A stretch of 62,379 nucleotides of DNA, the filler included, from Babesia bigemina (lineage: Eukaryota), in NCBI RefSeq assembly GCF_000981445.1. It is 11 parts of 11 records of this genome, joined end to end, with 100 filler letters (N's around TTAATTAATTAA, not from the genome) between each part and the next. Parts side by side here need not be neighbours in the genome. Positions count along the whole stretch, not along the records: positions 43,685 to 47,300 come from NW_012237055.1; positions 47,401 to 55,624 come from NW_012237056.1; 9 more parts are not named here. One strand, 5' to 3'. The notes beneath the pieces were generated by a model. That model was not told the DNA's origin, searched no databases, and saw only the letters and a list, made by a program, of their open reading frames with translations. Of the stretch, positions 43,803 to 54,052 are shown piece after piece. Positions within the stretch are counted from its first letter, which is position 1. Every line of letters begins with the position of its first letter. The position numbers and the translations under genes were made by a program.

Positions 43803-45205
43803 GATATCGCCGCCGTCATCGTTGCCATCATCGTCACCATCATCCTGCTCAACCTGTGCATCTTCCGCTTCCCGGTGGGCCGCAACATCCGCGATTTCCT
43901 CGTCCGCAAGATACCCTTCTGCATCGCGTTCTACAGCTGATCTCCGCAATTTGTTAGTGCAAACATCGTAATCCAAATTCCACTGATCACCCAACTGCCA
44001 ACTGACGTCAAATGTTCTAGACAGAGTAATGATTGAATTGATGAACAATCACATGAGCAGTGAAGTGACCATCCCCCCCTCCCTACTCCGCCATCGCCGC
44101 CGTCATCGTTGCCATCATCGTCGCCATCATCCTGCTCGACCTGTGCATCTTCCGCTTCCCGGTGGGCCGCAACATCCGCGATTTCCTCGTCCGCAAGATA
44201 CCCTTCTGCATCGCGTTCTACAGCTGATCTCCGCAATTTGGTTGGCGCAAATTTCTTAATCCTTATTCCACAGATCACATAACTGCCAACTGACATCTAA
44301 TGTTGTGGACCATAATGATCGCGTTGATGATCAATAACAGGAGCAGTGAAGTGACTGCTTCCTCCCTCTCTACTCCGCCATCGCCGCCGTCATCGTTGCC
44401 ATCATCGTCGCCATCATCCTGCTCGACCTGTGCATCTTCCGCTTCCCGGTGGGCCGCAACATCCGCGATTTCCTCGTCCGCAAGATACCCTTCTGCATCG
44501 CGTTCTACAGCTGATCTCCGCAATTTGGTTGGCGCAAATTTCTTAATCCTTATTCCACAGATCACATAACTGCCAACTGACATCTAATGTTGTGGACCAT
44601 AATGATCGCGTTGATGATCAATAACAGGAGCAGTGAAGTGACTGCTTCCTCCCTCCCTACTCCGCCATCGCCGCCGTCATCGTTGCCATCATCGTCGCCA
44701 TCATCCTGCTCGACCTGTGCATCTTCCGCTTCCCGGTGGGCCACAGAATCCGCGATTTCCTCGTCCGCAAGATACCCTTCTGCATCGCGTTCTACAGCTG
44801 ATCTCCGCAATTTGTTAGTGCAAACATCGTAATCCAAATTCCACTGATCACCCAACTGCCAACTGACGTCAAATGTTCTAGACAGAGTAATGATTGAATT
44901 GATGAACAATCACATGAGCAGTGAAGTGACCATCCCCCCCTCCCTACTCCGCCATCGCCGCCGTCATCGTTGCCATCATCGTCGCCATCATCCTGCTCGA
45001 CCTGTGCATCTTCCGCTTCCCGGTGGGCCACAGAATCCGCGATTTCCTCGTCCGCAAGATACCCTTCTGCATCGCGTTCTACAGCTGAGCTCAACAATCT
45101 GTAAGCGCATAACTTCTTCATCCAAATCCCACCGATCACCTAACTGGCAACTACATCTAATGTGCTAGACAGAGTAATGATTGCGTTGATGACCAGGCAC
45201 ATGAG
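43803..45205 (+). repeat. Five tandem 287-bp units, each encoding a TM helix plus cytoplasmic tail
   Basis: IAAVIVAIIVAIILLDLCIFRFPVG(RN/HR)IRDFLVRKIPFCIAFYS* with TGA ending at 43940, 44227, 44514, 44801 and 45088. Confidence 0.9.
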
Positions 45206-45211
45206 CAGTGA

Positions 45212-45539
45212 GGTGACCAAGCATCTGACCAATGTGCTGACCAATGCCACGACCACGTGTTGACTCAATGCTATGACCAGAGTGCTGACCTAGAACCTTA
45301 CCAAAGTGCTGACCAAAGTGCTGACCAATGCCATGACATAAGTGGTGACCTACCACCTGACCAAAGTGCTGACCAAGATGCTGCCCAAAGTGCTGACCAA
45401 CGTGGTGACCAATGCCATGACCAACGTGGTGACCAAAGTGATGAACGATGTGTTGACCAACGTGTTGACCAAGGTGCTGACCTATGTGCTGACCAATGCC
45501 ATGACCAACGTGGTGACCAAGCACCTGACCAAGTTGATG
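45212..45539 (+). repeat. 12-bp degenerate tandem repeat (inverted relative to 1942-2200)
   Basis: ACCAAAGTGCTG / ACCAATGCCATG / ACCAACGTGGTG units. Confidence 0.88.
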
Positions 45540-45685
45540 GTCACAGCAGCGATGACATGGTCACGGCAGCGATGACATGGACACGGCAGCGATGACATGG
45601 ACACGGCAGCGATGACATGGTTACGGCAGCGATGACATGGTTACGGCAGCGATGTCTTGGTCACGGCAGCGATGACATGGTCACC
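45540..45685 (+). repeat. 20-bp tandem repeat, ~7 units (inverted)
   Basis: GTCACGGCAGCGATGACATG units. Confidence 0.92.
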
Positions 45686-45699
45686 AGAGTAGTGATTAT

Positions 45700-46133
45700 A
45701 ATCCACTCTACATCGCTCCTTTACCCACTCTACATCGCCCCTTAACCCACTCCACATCGCCCCTTTATCCACTCCACATCGCCCCTTAACCCACTCTACA
45801 TCGCCCCTTAATCCACTCTACATCGCCCCTTTGTCCACTCTACATAGCCCCTTTATCCACTCTACATCGCCCCTTAACCCACTCTACATCGCTCCCTTAT
45901 CCACTCCACATCGCTCCCTAACCCACTCTACATCGCCCCTTAACCCACTCTACATCGCCCCTTTACCCACTCTACATCGCCCCTTTACCCACTCTACATC
46001 GCCCCTTACCCACTCTACATCGCTCCCTTATCCACTCTACATCGCTCCTCTATCCACTCTACATCGCTCCCTAACCCACTCCACATCGCTCCTCTATCCA
46101 CTCCACATCGCTCCCTTATCCACTCTACATCCC
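45700..46133 (-). repeat. 22-bp array, C-rich on + strand, ~20 units
   Basis: Reverse complement of the G-rich unit; precedes a + strand ves gene. Confidence 0.96.
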
Positions 46134-46159
46134 TTGAATCACCTCGCCATAATACCGCT

Positions 46160-47128
46160 ATGACCTCTATCCACCATGACAATAACTTCTGCCTTGTCAC
46201 CCTTCACCTCCCTTCTTCCACCTCTTGCCACTGCCCTGACCATGTGCCGCCTAGGGAGCTTGACAAGAAATTTGACAAAATTTAAAACCCTAAAAACACC
46301 TCAAATAACAACCCTACTAACATCCTTGATAACCTCTGTTCCGGCCTCGAAACTTTCCTCGGCTTCAACTCTGATTCCAAAGGCTACACTGGCCAGGGGA
46401 TTGTGTACTCTGACTTGGATAGGCTTTGTGATGCAGTGATGGGATTTTTGTATCAGGTGCTTAGGGATGTCAGCGAGAAACAGCCTTACAGTGTGGGTAA
46501 AAATATATTAATTAACAACATTTTAACGCTTATTAACAAACATCTTTGCTCAGGTCACGAGGGCTTTAAAAGGCTTTTCACCGAGTTGCCTGCTCGCATC
46601 GCGGGGTATAACAGGGAAGTGCAGGAGGGGAATGAGAAAGTTAAACAACCAATAAAAAAGCTTGAAGGGGAGATGAAAGAGCTTAAAACTCAGGTAAGTG
46701 CTATATTAAATGATAATGCTGTTGCAGGTACTACTATGATCCTGAGGACGGGGGACGCCGATGTCGCTAAGCAAGCGGTTGATGACGTGAACCGAAAGTT
46801 AAAGGATTCAATTAAGGCGACTGTCGGATTCACCGAGACTACTAAGACTTTGCAGACTGAGATTGCTGATTTGAATTTCGACACTCGTAATAATGTTAAT
46901 AATGCTATAAATGCCATGAAACGTGAATTAGACGTGCTGCAATTTTCGTGTCAGAATCAGAGTCACGATTTGGAATACAGCATTAAGAAAGTTGTTGAGA
47001 GGTGCAATGACATACATAGAAAAGTCGATGATGAGACTAGGACAAAAGTGGAGGCTCTATTAAATGATATTAGAAACAAAATGAACGCATTTCAAAGTAC
47101 CCATGAAAAAGACATTTACCACCCTTGA
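46160..47128 (+). pseudogene. ves1: VESA1-like 5' part with in-frame TAA at 46283-46285; 3' end lost in low-quality contig end
   Basis: MTSIHHDNNFCLVTLHLPSSTSCHCPDHVPPRELDKKFDKI*NPKNTSNNNPTNILDNLCSGLETFLGF..GIVYSDLDRLCDAVMGF. Confidence 0.8.
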
Positions 47129-47300
47129 GCGACTGGGTTAAGAACAATAAAGAGAATTAGTAGCCTCCCGGCATTTACGTCGGCGACGAATTTTGAAATT
47201 CAAAAATCGTTATCCTAAAATTCAAACGGGCCTGGCGGAAAATAAAAAGGGGGTTCCCCCCCTGAAGATTTTAAATTCCTCCGGTACCCTAAGAAAAACC

Positions 47301-47400
47301 NNNNNNNNNNNNNNNNNNNNNNNNNNNNNNNNNNNNNNNNNNNNTTAATTAATTAANNNNNNNNNNNNNNNNNNNNNNNNNNNNNNNNNNNNNNNNNNNN
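47301..47400. other. Assembly gap with linker
   Basis: N-TTAATTAATTAA-N. Confidence 0.98.
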
Positions 47401-47513
47401 CCACACTCACCGCAATAGACACTCTTACATGTTGCGCAACACCACGGACAACAAACACATGATCGACCCATTCGACATCCCGTACCACATATACACGGAT
47501 CCCCGCTCCCCAT
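47401..47513 (-). CDS. Small Cys-rich protein, family member C (5' part, cut by gap; absent from ORF track)
   Basis: Translated by hand: MGSGDPCICGTGCRMGRSCVCCPWCCATCKSVYCGEC; GGAAG-ATG context. Confidence 0.72.
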
Positions 47514-47527
47514 CTTCCCCTCTCCCT

Positions 47528-47661
47528 CCCAGTCCCCTCAATCTGCAAACATATCAATCACTCAAGCAGCACTCACCAACTGCAACACGTACCACTGCCG
47601 CTCCCAGTCCACTCAACCTGCAAACATATCAATCACTCAAGCAGCACTCACCAACTGCAAC
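47528..47661 (-). repeat. ~75-bp repeat, 2 units
   Basis: Same unit as 2939-3478. Confidence 0.9.
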
Positions 47662-48365
47662 CATGAACCACGTACCTCAGCCAAGGACACTGCCGTCTTC
47701 CATAAGTTCCACAGCCACCCGGCTAACCGCCATAAAACTTACATCCAATTACATCACAACTATGCAGCTGCCAAAGCTGAAGTACTACCGAGGTAGAGCA
47801 CGTGGCTGGTATCCTCGCCGTGGCATGCAGGTCACCCGGTGTCATTTGATAAGGCAATTTGATCCATTGCAGTCCATCCGACGTTGCCAATTCCGCTTAT
47901 AAATATCATCACCTTTGTGTCATCATTAGTGCCTAACTGAGCCACATCACTTGATTAACGTGCTTCTCATTTACACCGTTGCCATCAATGTCACATAGCT
48001 ACGCCGCCCACTGGCCATCACATAGGGTAACCGCAGCTACATTCATTGCCTAACATCGCACATGATAGCTAACGTTCAACACAGTCACGTTTCATACGCT
48101 TCACGTTCACTTATCACAACACGCTTAAGCAGCGTAGGTTGATGACTTATAACCCGACATCACTACCCACTAAAGCCATGGGAGGGCGTGGGCACATTTC
48201 ACCTGTAGCTCACAACTCTATATCGCAAAACAAGAACCTATAATTGCATGAACTACATTAACTGCCAATTGCTGAGTAGGAATTACGTAATATATTTGGG
48301 TGAGTATTAGGTTAGGCGGTGGGTTGCTAGGTAGTGAGTTAGGTGAGTGGTGGTGAGGTGGTCTA

Positions 48366-51300
48366 TCAAGGTTGCAGGTACAGCACTTTGTTGAGTGCTT
48401 TAACACGTGCAGCGGCGAGTAGTGATTGCGTGGCGATGCGATGTGATGATGGTGAGTGCAAATGCGATTTGATGTGGAGCAGGTCGAGGCGGATGACCAT
48501 GATGTGGAGGAGGTAGAGGAAGGAGAGGAGCCAGAGGGCGACGTTGAGCCAGATGAAGGGCTCTCTGATGGTGAATAAGAATTTGTCACACTCTTCAAAT
48601 AATTTTGTGAAGTATTCCGACTTCAATACATTTTTCAATTGCTTGCGGAAGTCGGCACATGTGTTTGGATAATGCTCGTTCTGCAATTTCGATGGGTCAC
48701 CGAAGGAAAAGCCATAACTGTACAAAGTTGGAGCGACGCCTCTGCAGTCAACAATGGAGTGGCATTGGCAATTAGGTTGTTTGGAAGCGTCACTTATTGA
48801 TCCATGTTCTCCACGTTTGCACTTGTCGCCTCTTAAGCAACCACGACAGCCCCAGTCTTGACAGTAAATGTTGCAAAACGCGTCATATAGATTTTTAAGA
48901 TTCGTCCAAAAGCTCCAAGGGAGGTAGACAGCCCATGACAAGTAGAGGTTGGAATGCTTTTTACCGAGGTATCGATAACAGTCGACAGATAAATTGGCAA
49001 GGTACGGAGCGCATTCGAGTTCCAAATTGGTCTTCCCTTTGCAGCTATCGGACGCCGTGAGATTTCTAACGTGGGCATGTTCGCATACGCCATGTGTTGG
49101 AGACGGCGACCCATATGCGTCGGTTAACGCATTGGTCAATGTGGATTGGTCGGTACAGAGGTTAATAGTTTGCTCGTAGATGGATGCGGCAAACACGCCT
49201 CTAAACGCATGAGGATCGTAATTATTAGTTCTAGATGTTGCATTAATACCAATCGCCAGCGCCAAGGTAAAACCGAAGTGCTCTGGCAACGTGGAAGGCG
49301 GCTTGGGAATCAGCGTGAATAGACCCGTAAGATGCTTGATGTTGATGAATTTGGTCAGCACTTCACATATGTCCTTACCCATACGTGTGGATCCGGAGAA
49401 ACCTTTGAATCCAAGAGGCGTCAGGCAAGGCTTACCCTTTTTAGAAGTTGAGCAATTGGAACACTCGTACTTACATCCAATTTTAGTAAGTTGATGAGGT
49501 AAATGACCCGGCAAGCAGTCGTTCAGGTAACTCATCAATGGCGATGTTGGTTGGCAATCTACTTGGCACGTTACTTCGCACTTTGCTTGGCACGTTGGTT
49601 TACACTTTGCTTGGCAGTTTGATTTATTATCTGGTTCGTCGGATGGATGAACTTTGCATGGCCATTTGGCTGTCATGATATCCTTGCCGTACTTGCACGC
49701 TTGCCAACCGTTGAGCCCATTGCTGAGCCTGCACTGACTATACAAATATTGTAATGTTGGCAACATTCGACGAAGGATGTCAAGGAGCATATCGAGACAA
49801 TCTTCCCCGTTTTGGGGGTAATTGAATTTCATGTGATTGTTGGAATAGTCCACAGCGTATGTCGTGAATTCGTCGCCGTGACCGGCAATTGCGCAAAGGA
49901 CGTCATATGAAGTCGAACATATATGCGTCACGGCTGCCCACAGTTCATCATATGATACGTCACGTGGGTAGGCTTCCAGGGATACGGAGCGTGCATCAAC
50001 CAATGACACTTTGAACTCCCCTCCGTCTGCTTGTCGTTCTACTGCTAATACGTCGCCATGTTCTCCCTCATCTTCTCTACCTCTTTTGTATAGCTCTTCC
50101 AAAACGTTCATGATGGCTACGCTTAGCTTACTTTGGTGTACCGGATTGTGCGTTAGTCCCGAGAGCCAAGCGAGCATCTCGTACACGGAGCATGGCTGTC
50201 TCTTGGAGGTTAATGTTGAGAGATGGCATAAGTCGTTGTATGTCTCCAAATAGTCGAAAAGTATCTCGAGTGCACGTTTACCGTTTTTATCTGAGTGATA
50301 AATATGCTGCTTATCGCCTACAAGAAGACCGTCGTGGATATATTGACCTTTGCACTGCTCCTTATTCCTCAGGTGACCTTCATGGGAATCATGCGACTTG
50401 GAAACTTTGTAACCGCACTTGTTCAAAAATTGACCAAATGAGTTTTCATCTTCGTTACTGTCTTGCAAATAAATTTGTCTTCCTCTCCAGGCGTTTGGAG
50501 CATTCTGCTTTAACTCGTCTAACCCGGCTTTCAAAGTCACCAAAATCGTCAAAAATACCTTCGACAAATTTCTGCCGTCATCCGTTAATTTTTCACCTTT
50601 ATCACCATCACTAATAACCAATTTACCCATATTAACCTTCTGCTTATGCCCATCATACCTGCTAACGTACATCCTCTCCAGCTCCCCGACGAACTGCTCC
50701 AGGCTTCGGGGAAAGGCGTCGAGCACGGGGTAGGATGCGTTGCCGAAGTGCGAGGACTTGAAGGAGGTGAGGGATGTCTTGAGCGTTTCGAGCATCTCGG
50801 GAACCTGGTGGTCGAAGTGTTTGTGAGCGCTGATGTGGGTGAGGAGATCGGTGAGGTTCGAGCGGATGGTGGAGACAGTCTGGTCATACTGGCCGATGAC
50901 CTGAGGCTGGGAGGCGAAATTATGTTTGAGGTCCTTATCGAGGTAATCGAAGATGTGTTCAGAATAGTGCTTGAATGTGGAGGACAGCGTTGCAACTTTG
51001 TCTCCATGTTCACCTCTTTCAAGAGCGGTCTTCACTTCGTCGAGCGGATTGGTCTTCTGAGCTTTAGGAGGGAGATGCTTCGGACGCTCCTTATAACCAG
51101 CCAAATAAATGTCGACATAATCCCCGCTCAGCGTCTTGAGGAAGCCTTTCAGGCCGGTGTTGAGGTTTTTGTTGACGGTGCAGGTGATGATCTTGAGCTG
51201 CCTGGTGACGAGGGTCTTGAGGGCGGAGAGGTGGGCGGTTCTTTCTTTGGCAAATAGGGATTTTACTTCAATGTTTATGATGTGAAATGCCTTATCCACC

Positions 51301-53864
51301 TTCTCTGTCAGTTCTTCCTTCAGTTGGTTGACAGCTTGGTTGGCCTTTATATCAGCTTCAGTTAATGCATCTTGGATGTCATTGATGACTGCTTCCAAAT
51401 ACGCATCTGCATCAACGACAGCCTTAAGAATGACACTGATATGCGATTGAATCTGGGATTTCAAATCTGCCATTTTGTCGACGACCGCTTGCTTTTTTTG
51501 TTCAATGCTGCCATTTGTATTTTTCGTTTTCGTAAATTCTTGAAGCTCCGTGACAATAGTTTCAACCGCGTTCGCAGTAGCACGCAAAGAGCCTGTAGCT
51601 TCATTTTTCAATATAGGTTCAAGTAGACGTATTTTGTCATTCACCGTTATCAATGCCGCGGTTATAAATTTGCCGTTACGCCCTTCTCCACCAGCTACGA
51701 ATTCCTTTCGGATATTATCAATCTCTTTTAACGCCTCATCGACGCGTTTTCCAAGGCTATAAGTGCTATTTTCGGCAGTTACAGATTTGATCTCGAGGGA
51801 TGCACTCCTAGACATTCCCACGAGTTGTTCCAGAGTGGAACGAATAGCATCCGATATATCGCGTGCGTCATTTGTTTTAGTGGTTGTTTTCACTTGTAAG
51901 TTAATCGCCTCCAAAATGCTTTTTGCAATGTCGACTAGCGTGTCGTGCGCCTTGATCTTCTCATGAAGCACTTTGGCAAACTTATCGCAAGAGGATTGGA
52001 CAGCGTTAATATTTTGCTGAATGCTGTCGCGACCTTCCATGACTCGCACTGTGAGCGGTCCATTTGTTTTTATGACCTTTGCATTAAGCTGTTCCTTAAA
52101 TACGCGTGAAATCGCAGTCTTATCATTTTCTGTTATATTACCATAATATTTATTAACCTTATCGATTACCATCCCCTTACCATCATTTAATATCTCTGCT
52201 ACCCATTTCTCCACTACATTCTCAAAATGCGTAAATCCTTCAGCCCACTCCTTCGTTCTAGTTTGGATACCTTCAAGACCATCATGGCTTGGATGGTTTT
52301 TGTTGTGCCCTGCACCAGTCCCATTAATATCACCAACTATTGATATAATCTGCGTTTGTAGCTCTTCCCATTTCTTTCCTATGCTATTGTCCTCCCCGTT
52401 GCCCGGCTCTTTTTTAATGGTATTAATTTTAAGTTGTTCAAAGTGCTGCCAAGCGTATGCAACTAACTTCTCAAGTCCTTGTTTTTGTACAGATAACATG
52501 GCATGTACGTTTTTAACTACCGTTTTTATATCTTCAAACTTACCAATAACATGACTTTTGTATTCATAGTCAAATTTAGTATTCAAAAACTTCTGCGCCT
52601 CCTCCAATCTATTTTTAATGCTCCCAAATTGCGTTTTTTCCACATCACTAAGATGTCGTATATTCCTAAATACTTCTTGAAATCCCTCTTTAAAGGTGTC
52701 TGTAATTGATATAGATTGCCTAAGTATCTCTTTCTTAATTTCTTTTTCCTGCTTCTCCAATTCAGCATCTACCTTGGTCGCCTGCTTCACCAATGCATCA
52801 TTTTGGGCGGACTCAAGCAGCAATTGAACCGACGTTTTAACAGGCTCGAATTTATGCATGATATTATTTCTAAGTGTCTTATCTAACGCATTAATATTTT
52901 CGGTTTCAATTTTTGTTAGGTCTCGTTGAATCTCGCCGACCACATTGGTCCAGTCAGACAGCTGTTCTCGAAGGCTCTTCGTCGAGCTACCTGAAACACG
53001 TTTAATATAGTCATAACCAATTTTGGAATTCATAAACTTACTTATTTCAGCAGTTAACTCGCTTGTTTTTTCCTGCAAAACAAAATTATACTTACGCAGC
53101 CAAAAAATCACGTCGGCCATTGCCTCCTTGAAGGCCTCCGGCCCCTTACCAATACAGTCATGTATTTTGCTAACTACACTATTAATATTAGTTGAAGTTA
53201 TGTAATTATCATAAGTTGTCACTTCATTTTCGTTTTTCACCGCACCAAGCACTCCACTCAAAAATCCCATCACCCCGTCACACAGCCTATCCAAGTCGGA
53301 GTACACTATCCCAGTGCCATCGTAGCCTTTGGAAGCAGAGTTGAAGCCGAGGAAGGTTTCGAGGCCGTCACATAAATTATCTAAGAGATTTTTTGGGTTA
53401 TTATCAGAAGTTTTAAGTTTCTCATAATTTTCACAAAGCTTCTCCACTTTCTCCAAAGCCTGCAACTTGGAGTGCAATTTGTCTGACTCAGCAGAGGGAG
53501 AGGGGGAAGAAGGAGAGTTAATTACAGAAGGTTTAAGCTTCTTCATTGTCTCTTCAGTAAGCTTAATTTCAGTGGTAATTTTACTTTTTAGCTCACTAAT
53601 TTTTCCGGTGTCATCAGCCTGGCCAGCAGACTTGACAGACTCAGAAAGGTTAGTAACAAGAGAAGAGTAAAGATGTTTAAGCTCTTCATTACTGTTAATT
53701 TTAGCGATAATAGCATTCACAACGGCTTTCTTAACACTCTCACTTTGACCAACAAATCCGCCAAGCTGCCCAGCCAATTCACCAAGTTGAATACGGCTAT
53801 CATTGATACCATTCAACTGCTTTTTCCTGGCATCCTCAGTAAGAGAATGGTCACCATCAACAAG
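48366..53864 (-). CDS. ves1: VESA1-like variant surface antigen, near full-length open frame (~1,832 codons), second C-terminal type
   Basis: LGELAGQLGGFVG, GIVYSDLDRLCDG, Cys/Lys-rich CQAKCKPTCQAKC, TM and tail RLDLLHIKSHLHSPSSHRIATQSLLAAARVKALNKVLYLQP*. The ORF-track start is TTG. Confidence 0.92.
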   Translation of the reverse strand, partial: LVDGDHSLTEDARKKQLNGINDSRIQLGELAGQLGGFVGQSESVKKAVVNAIIAKINSNEELKHLYSSLVTNLSESVKSAGQADDTGKISELKSKITTEIKLTEETMKKLKPSVINSPSSPSPSAESDKLHSKLQALEKVEKLCENYEKLKTSDNNPKNLLDNLCDGLETFLGFNSASKGYDGTGIVYSDLDRLCDGVMGFLSGVLGAVKNENEVTTYDNYITSTNINSVVSKIHDCIGKGPEAFKEAMADVIFWLRKYNFVLQEKTSELTAEISKFMNSKIGYDYIKRVSGSSTKSLREQLSDWTNVVGEIQRDLTKIETENINALDKTLRNNIMHKFEPVKTSVQLLLESAQNDALVKQATKVDAELEKQEKEIKKEILRQSISITDTFKEGFQEVFRNIRHLSDVEKTQFGSIKNRLEEAQKFLNTKFDYEYKSHVIGKFEDIKTVVKNVHAMLSVQKQGLEKLVAYAWQHFEQLKINTIKKEPGNGEDNSIGKKWEELQTQIISIVGDINGTGAGHNKNHPSHDGLEGIQTRTKEWAEGFTHFENVVEKWVAEILNDGKGMVIDKVNKYYGNITENDKTAISRVFKEQLNAKVIKTNGPLTVRVMEGRDSIQQNINAVQSSCDKFAKVLHEKIKAHDTLVDIAKSILEAINLQVKTTTKTNDARDISDAIRSTLEQLVGMSRSASLEIKSVTAENSTYSLGKRVDEALKEIDNIRKEFVAGGEGRNGKFITAALITVNDKIRLLEPILKNEATGSLRATANAVETIVTELQEFTKTKNTNGSIEQKKQAVVDKMADLKSQIQSHISVILKAVVDADAYLEAVINDIQDALTEADIKANQAVNQLKEELTEKVDKAFHIINIEVKSLFAKERTAHLSALKTLVTRQLKIITCTVNKNLNTGLKGFLKTLSGDYVDIYLAGYKERPKHLPPKAQKTNPLDEVKTALERGEHGDKVATLSSTFKHYSEHIFDYLDKDLKHNFASQPQVIGQYDQTVSTIRSNLTDLLTHISAHKHFDHQVPEMLETLKTSLTSFKSSHFGNASYPVLDAFPRSLEQFVGELERMYVSRYDGHKQKVNMGKLVISDGDKGEKLTDDGRNLSKVFLTILVTLKAGLDELKQNAPNAWRGRQIYLQDSNEDENSFGQFLNKCGYKVSKSHDSHEGHLRNKEQCKGQYIHDGLLVGDKQHIYHSDKNGKRALEILFDYLETYNDLCHLSTLTSKRQPCSVYEMLAWLSGLTHNPVHQSKLSVAIMNVLEELYKRGREDEGEHGDVLAVERQADGGEFKVSLVDARSVSLEAYPRDVSYDELWAAVTHICSTSYDVLCAIAGHGDEFTTYAVDYSNNHMKFNYPQNGEDCLDMLLDILRRMLPTLQYLYSQCRLSNGLNGWQACKYGKDIMTAKWPCKVHPSDEPDNKSNCQAKCKPTCQAKCEVTCQVDCQPTSPLMSYLNDCLPGHLPHQLTKIGCKYECSNCSTSKKGKPCLTPLGFKGFSGSTRMGKDICEVLTKFINIKHLTGLFTLIPKPPSTLPEHFGFTLALAIGINATSRTNNYDPHAFRGVFAASIYEQTINLCTDQSTLTNALTDAYGSPSPTHGVCEHAHVRNLTASDSCKGKTNLELECAPYLANLSVDCYRYLGKKHSNLYLSWAVYLPWSFWTNLKNLYDAFCNIYCQDWGCRGCLRGDKCKRGEHGSISDASKQPNCQCHSIVDCRGVAPTLYSYGFSFGDPSKLQNEHYPNTCADFRKQLKNVLKSEYFTKLFEECDKFLFTIREPFIWLNVALWLLSFLYLLHIMVIRLDLLHIKSHLHSPSSHRIATQSLLAAARVKALNKVLYLQP

Positions 53865-54052
53865 TTATTATAAGGATTTATAAAGGTCATAGCGTTAATA
53901 AGACGAAGTAATTCGAGAGATTTGGAGTTAGGGTGAACATGATGGGACATGGCAGTGGCAAGAGGTGGAAGAGGGGAAGTGAAGGGTGACAAGCCACAAG
54001 TTATTGTTATGGTTTAAAAAGGTCATAGCCGTATTATGGCGAGGTGATTCAA
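53865..54052 (-). other. Conserved ves 5' leader, two tandem copies (ATGs at 54026 and 53890)
   Basis: MTFLNHNNNLWLVTLHFPSSTSCHCHVPSCSP* then MTFINPYNNLL.. out of frame with the ves ORF. Confidence 0.8.

Noticed and set aside
43712..45139. Minus-strand acidic ORFs (EQDDGDDDGNDDGG)
   Set aside because: Antisense shadow of the ATC/GTC/GCC-rich TM coding repeats.
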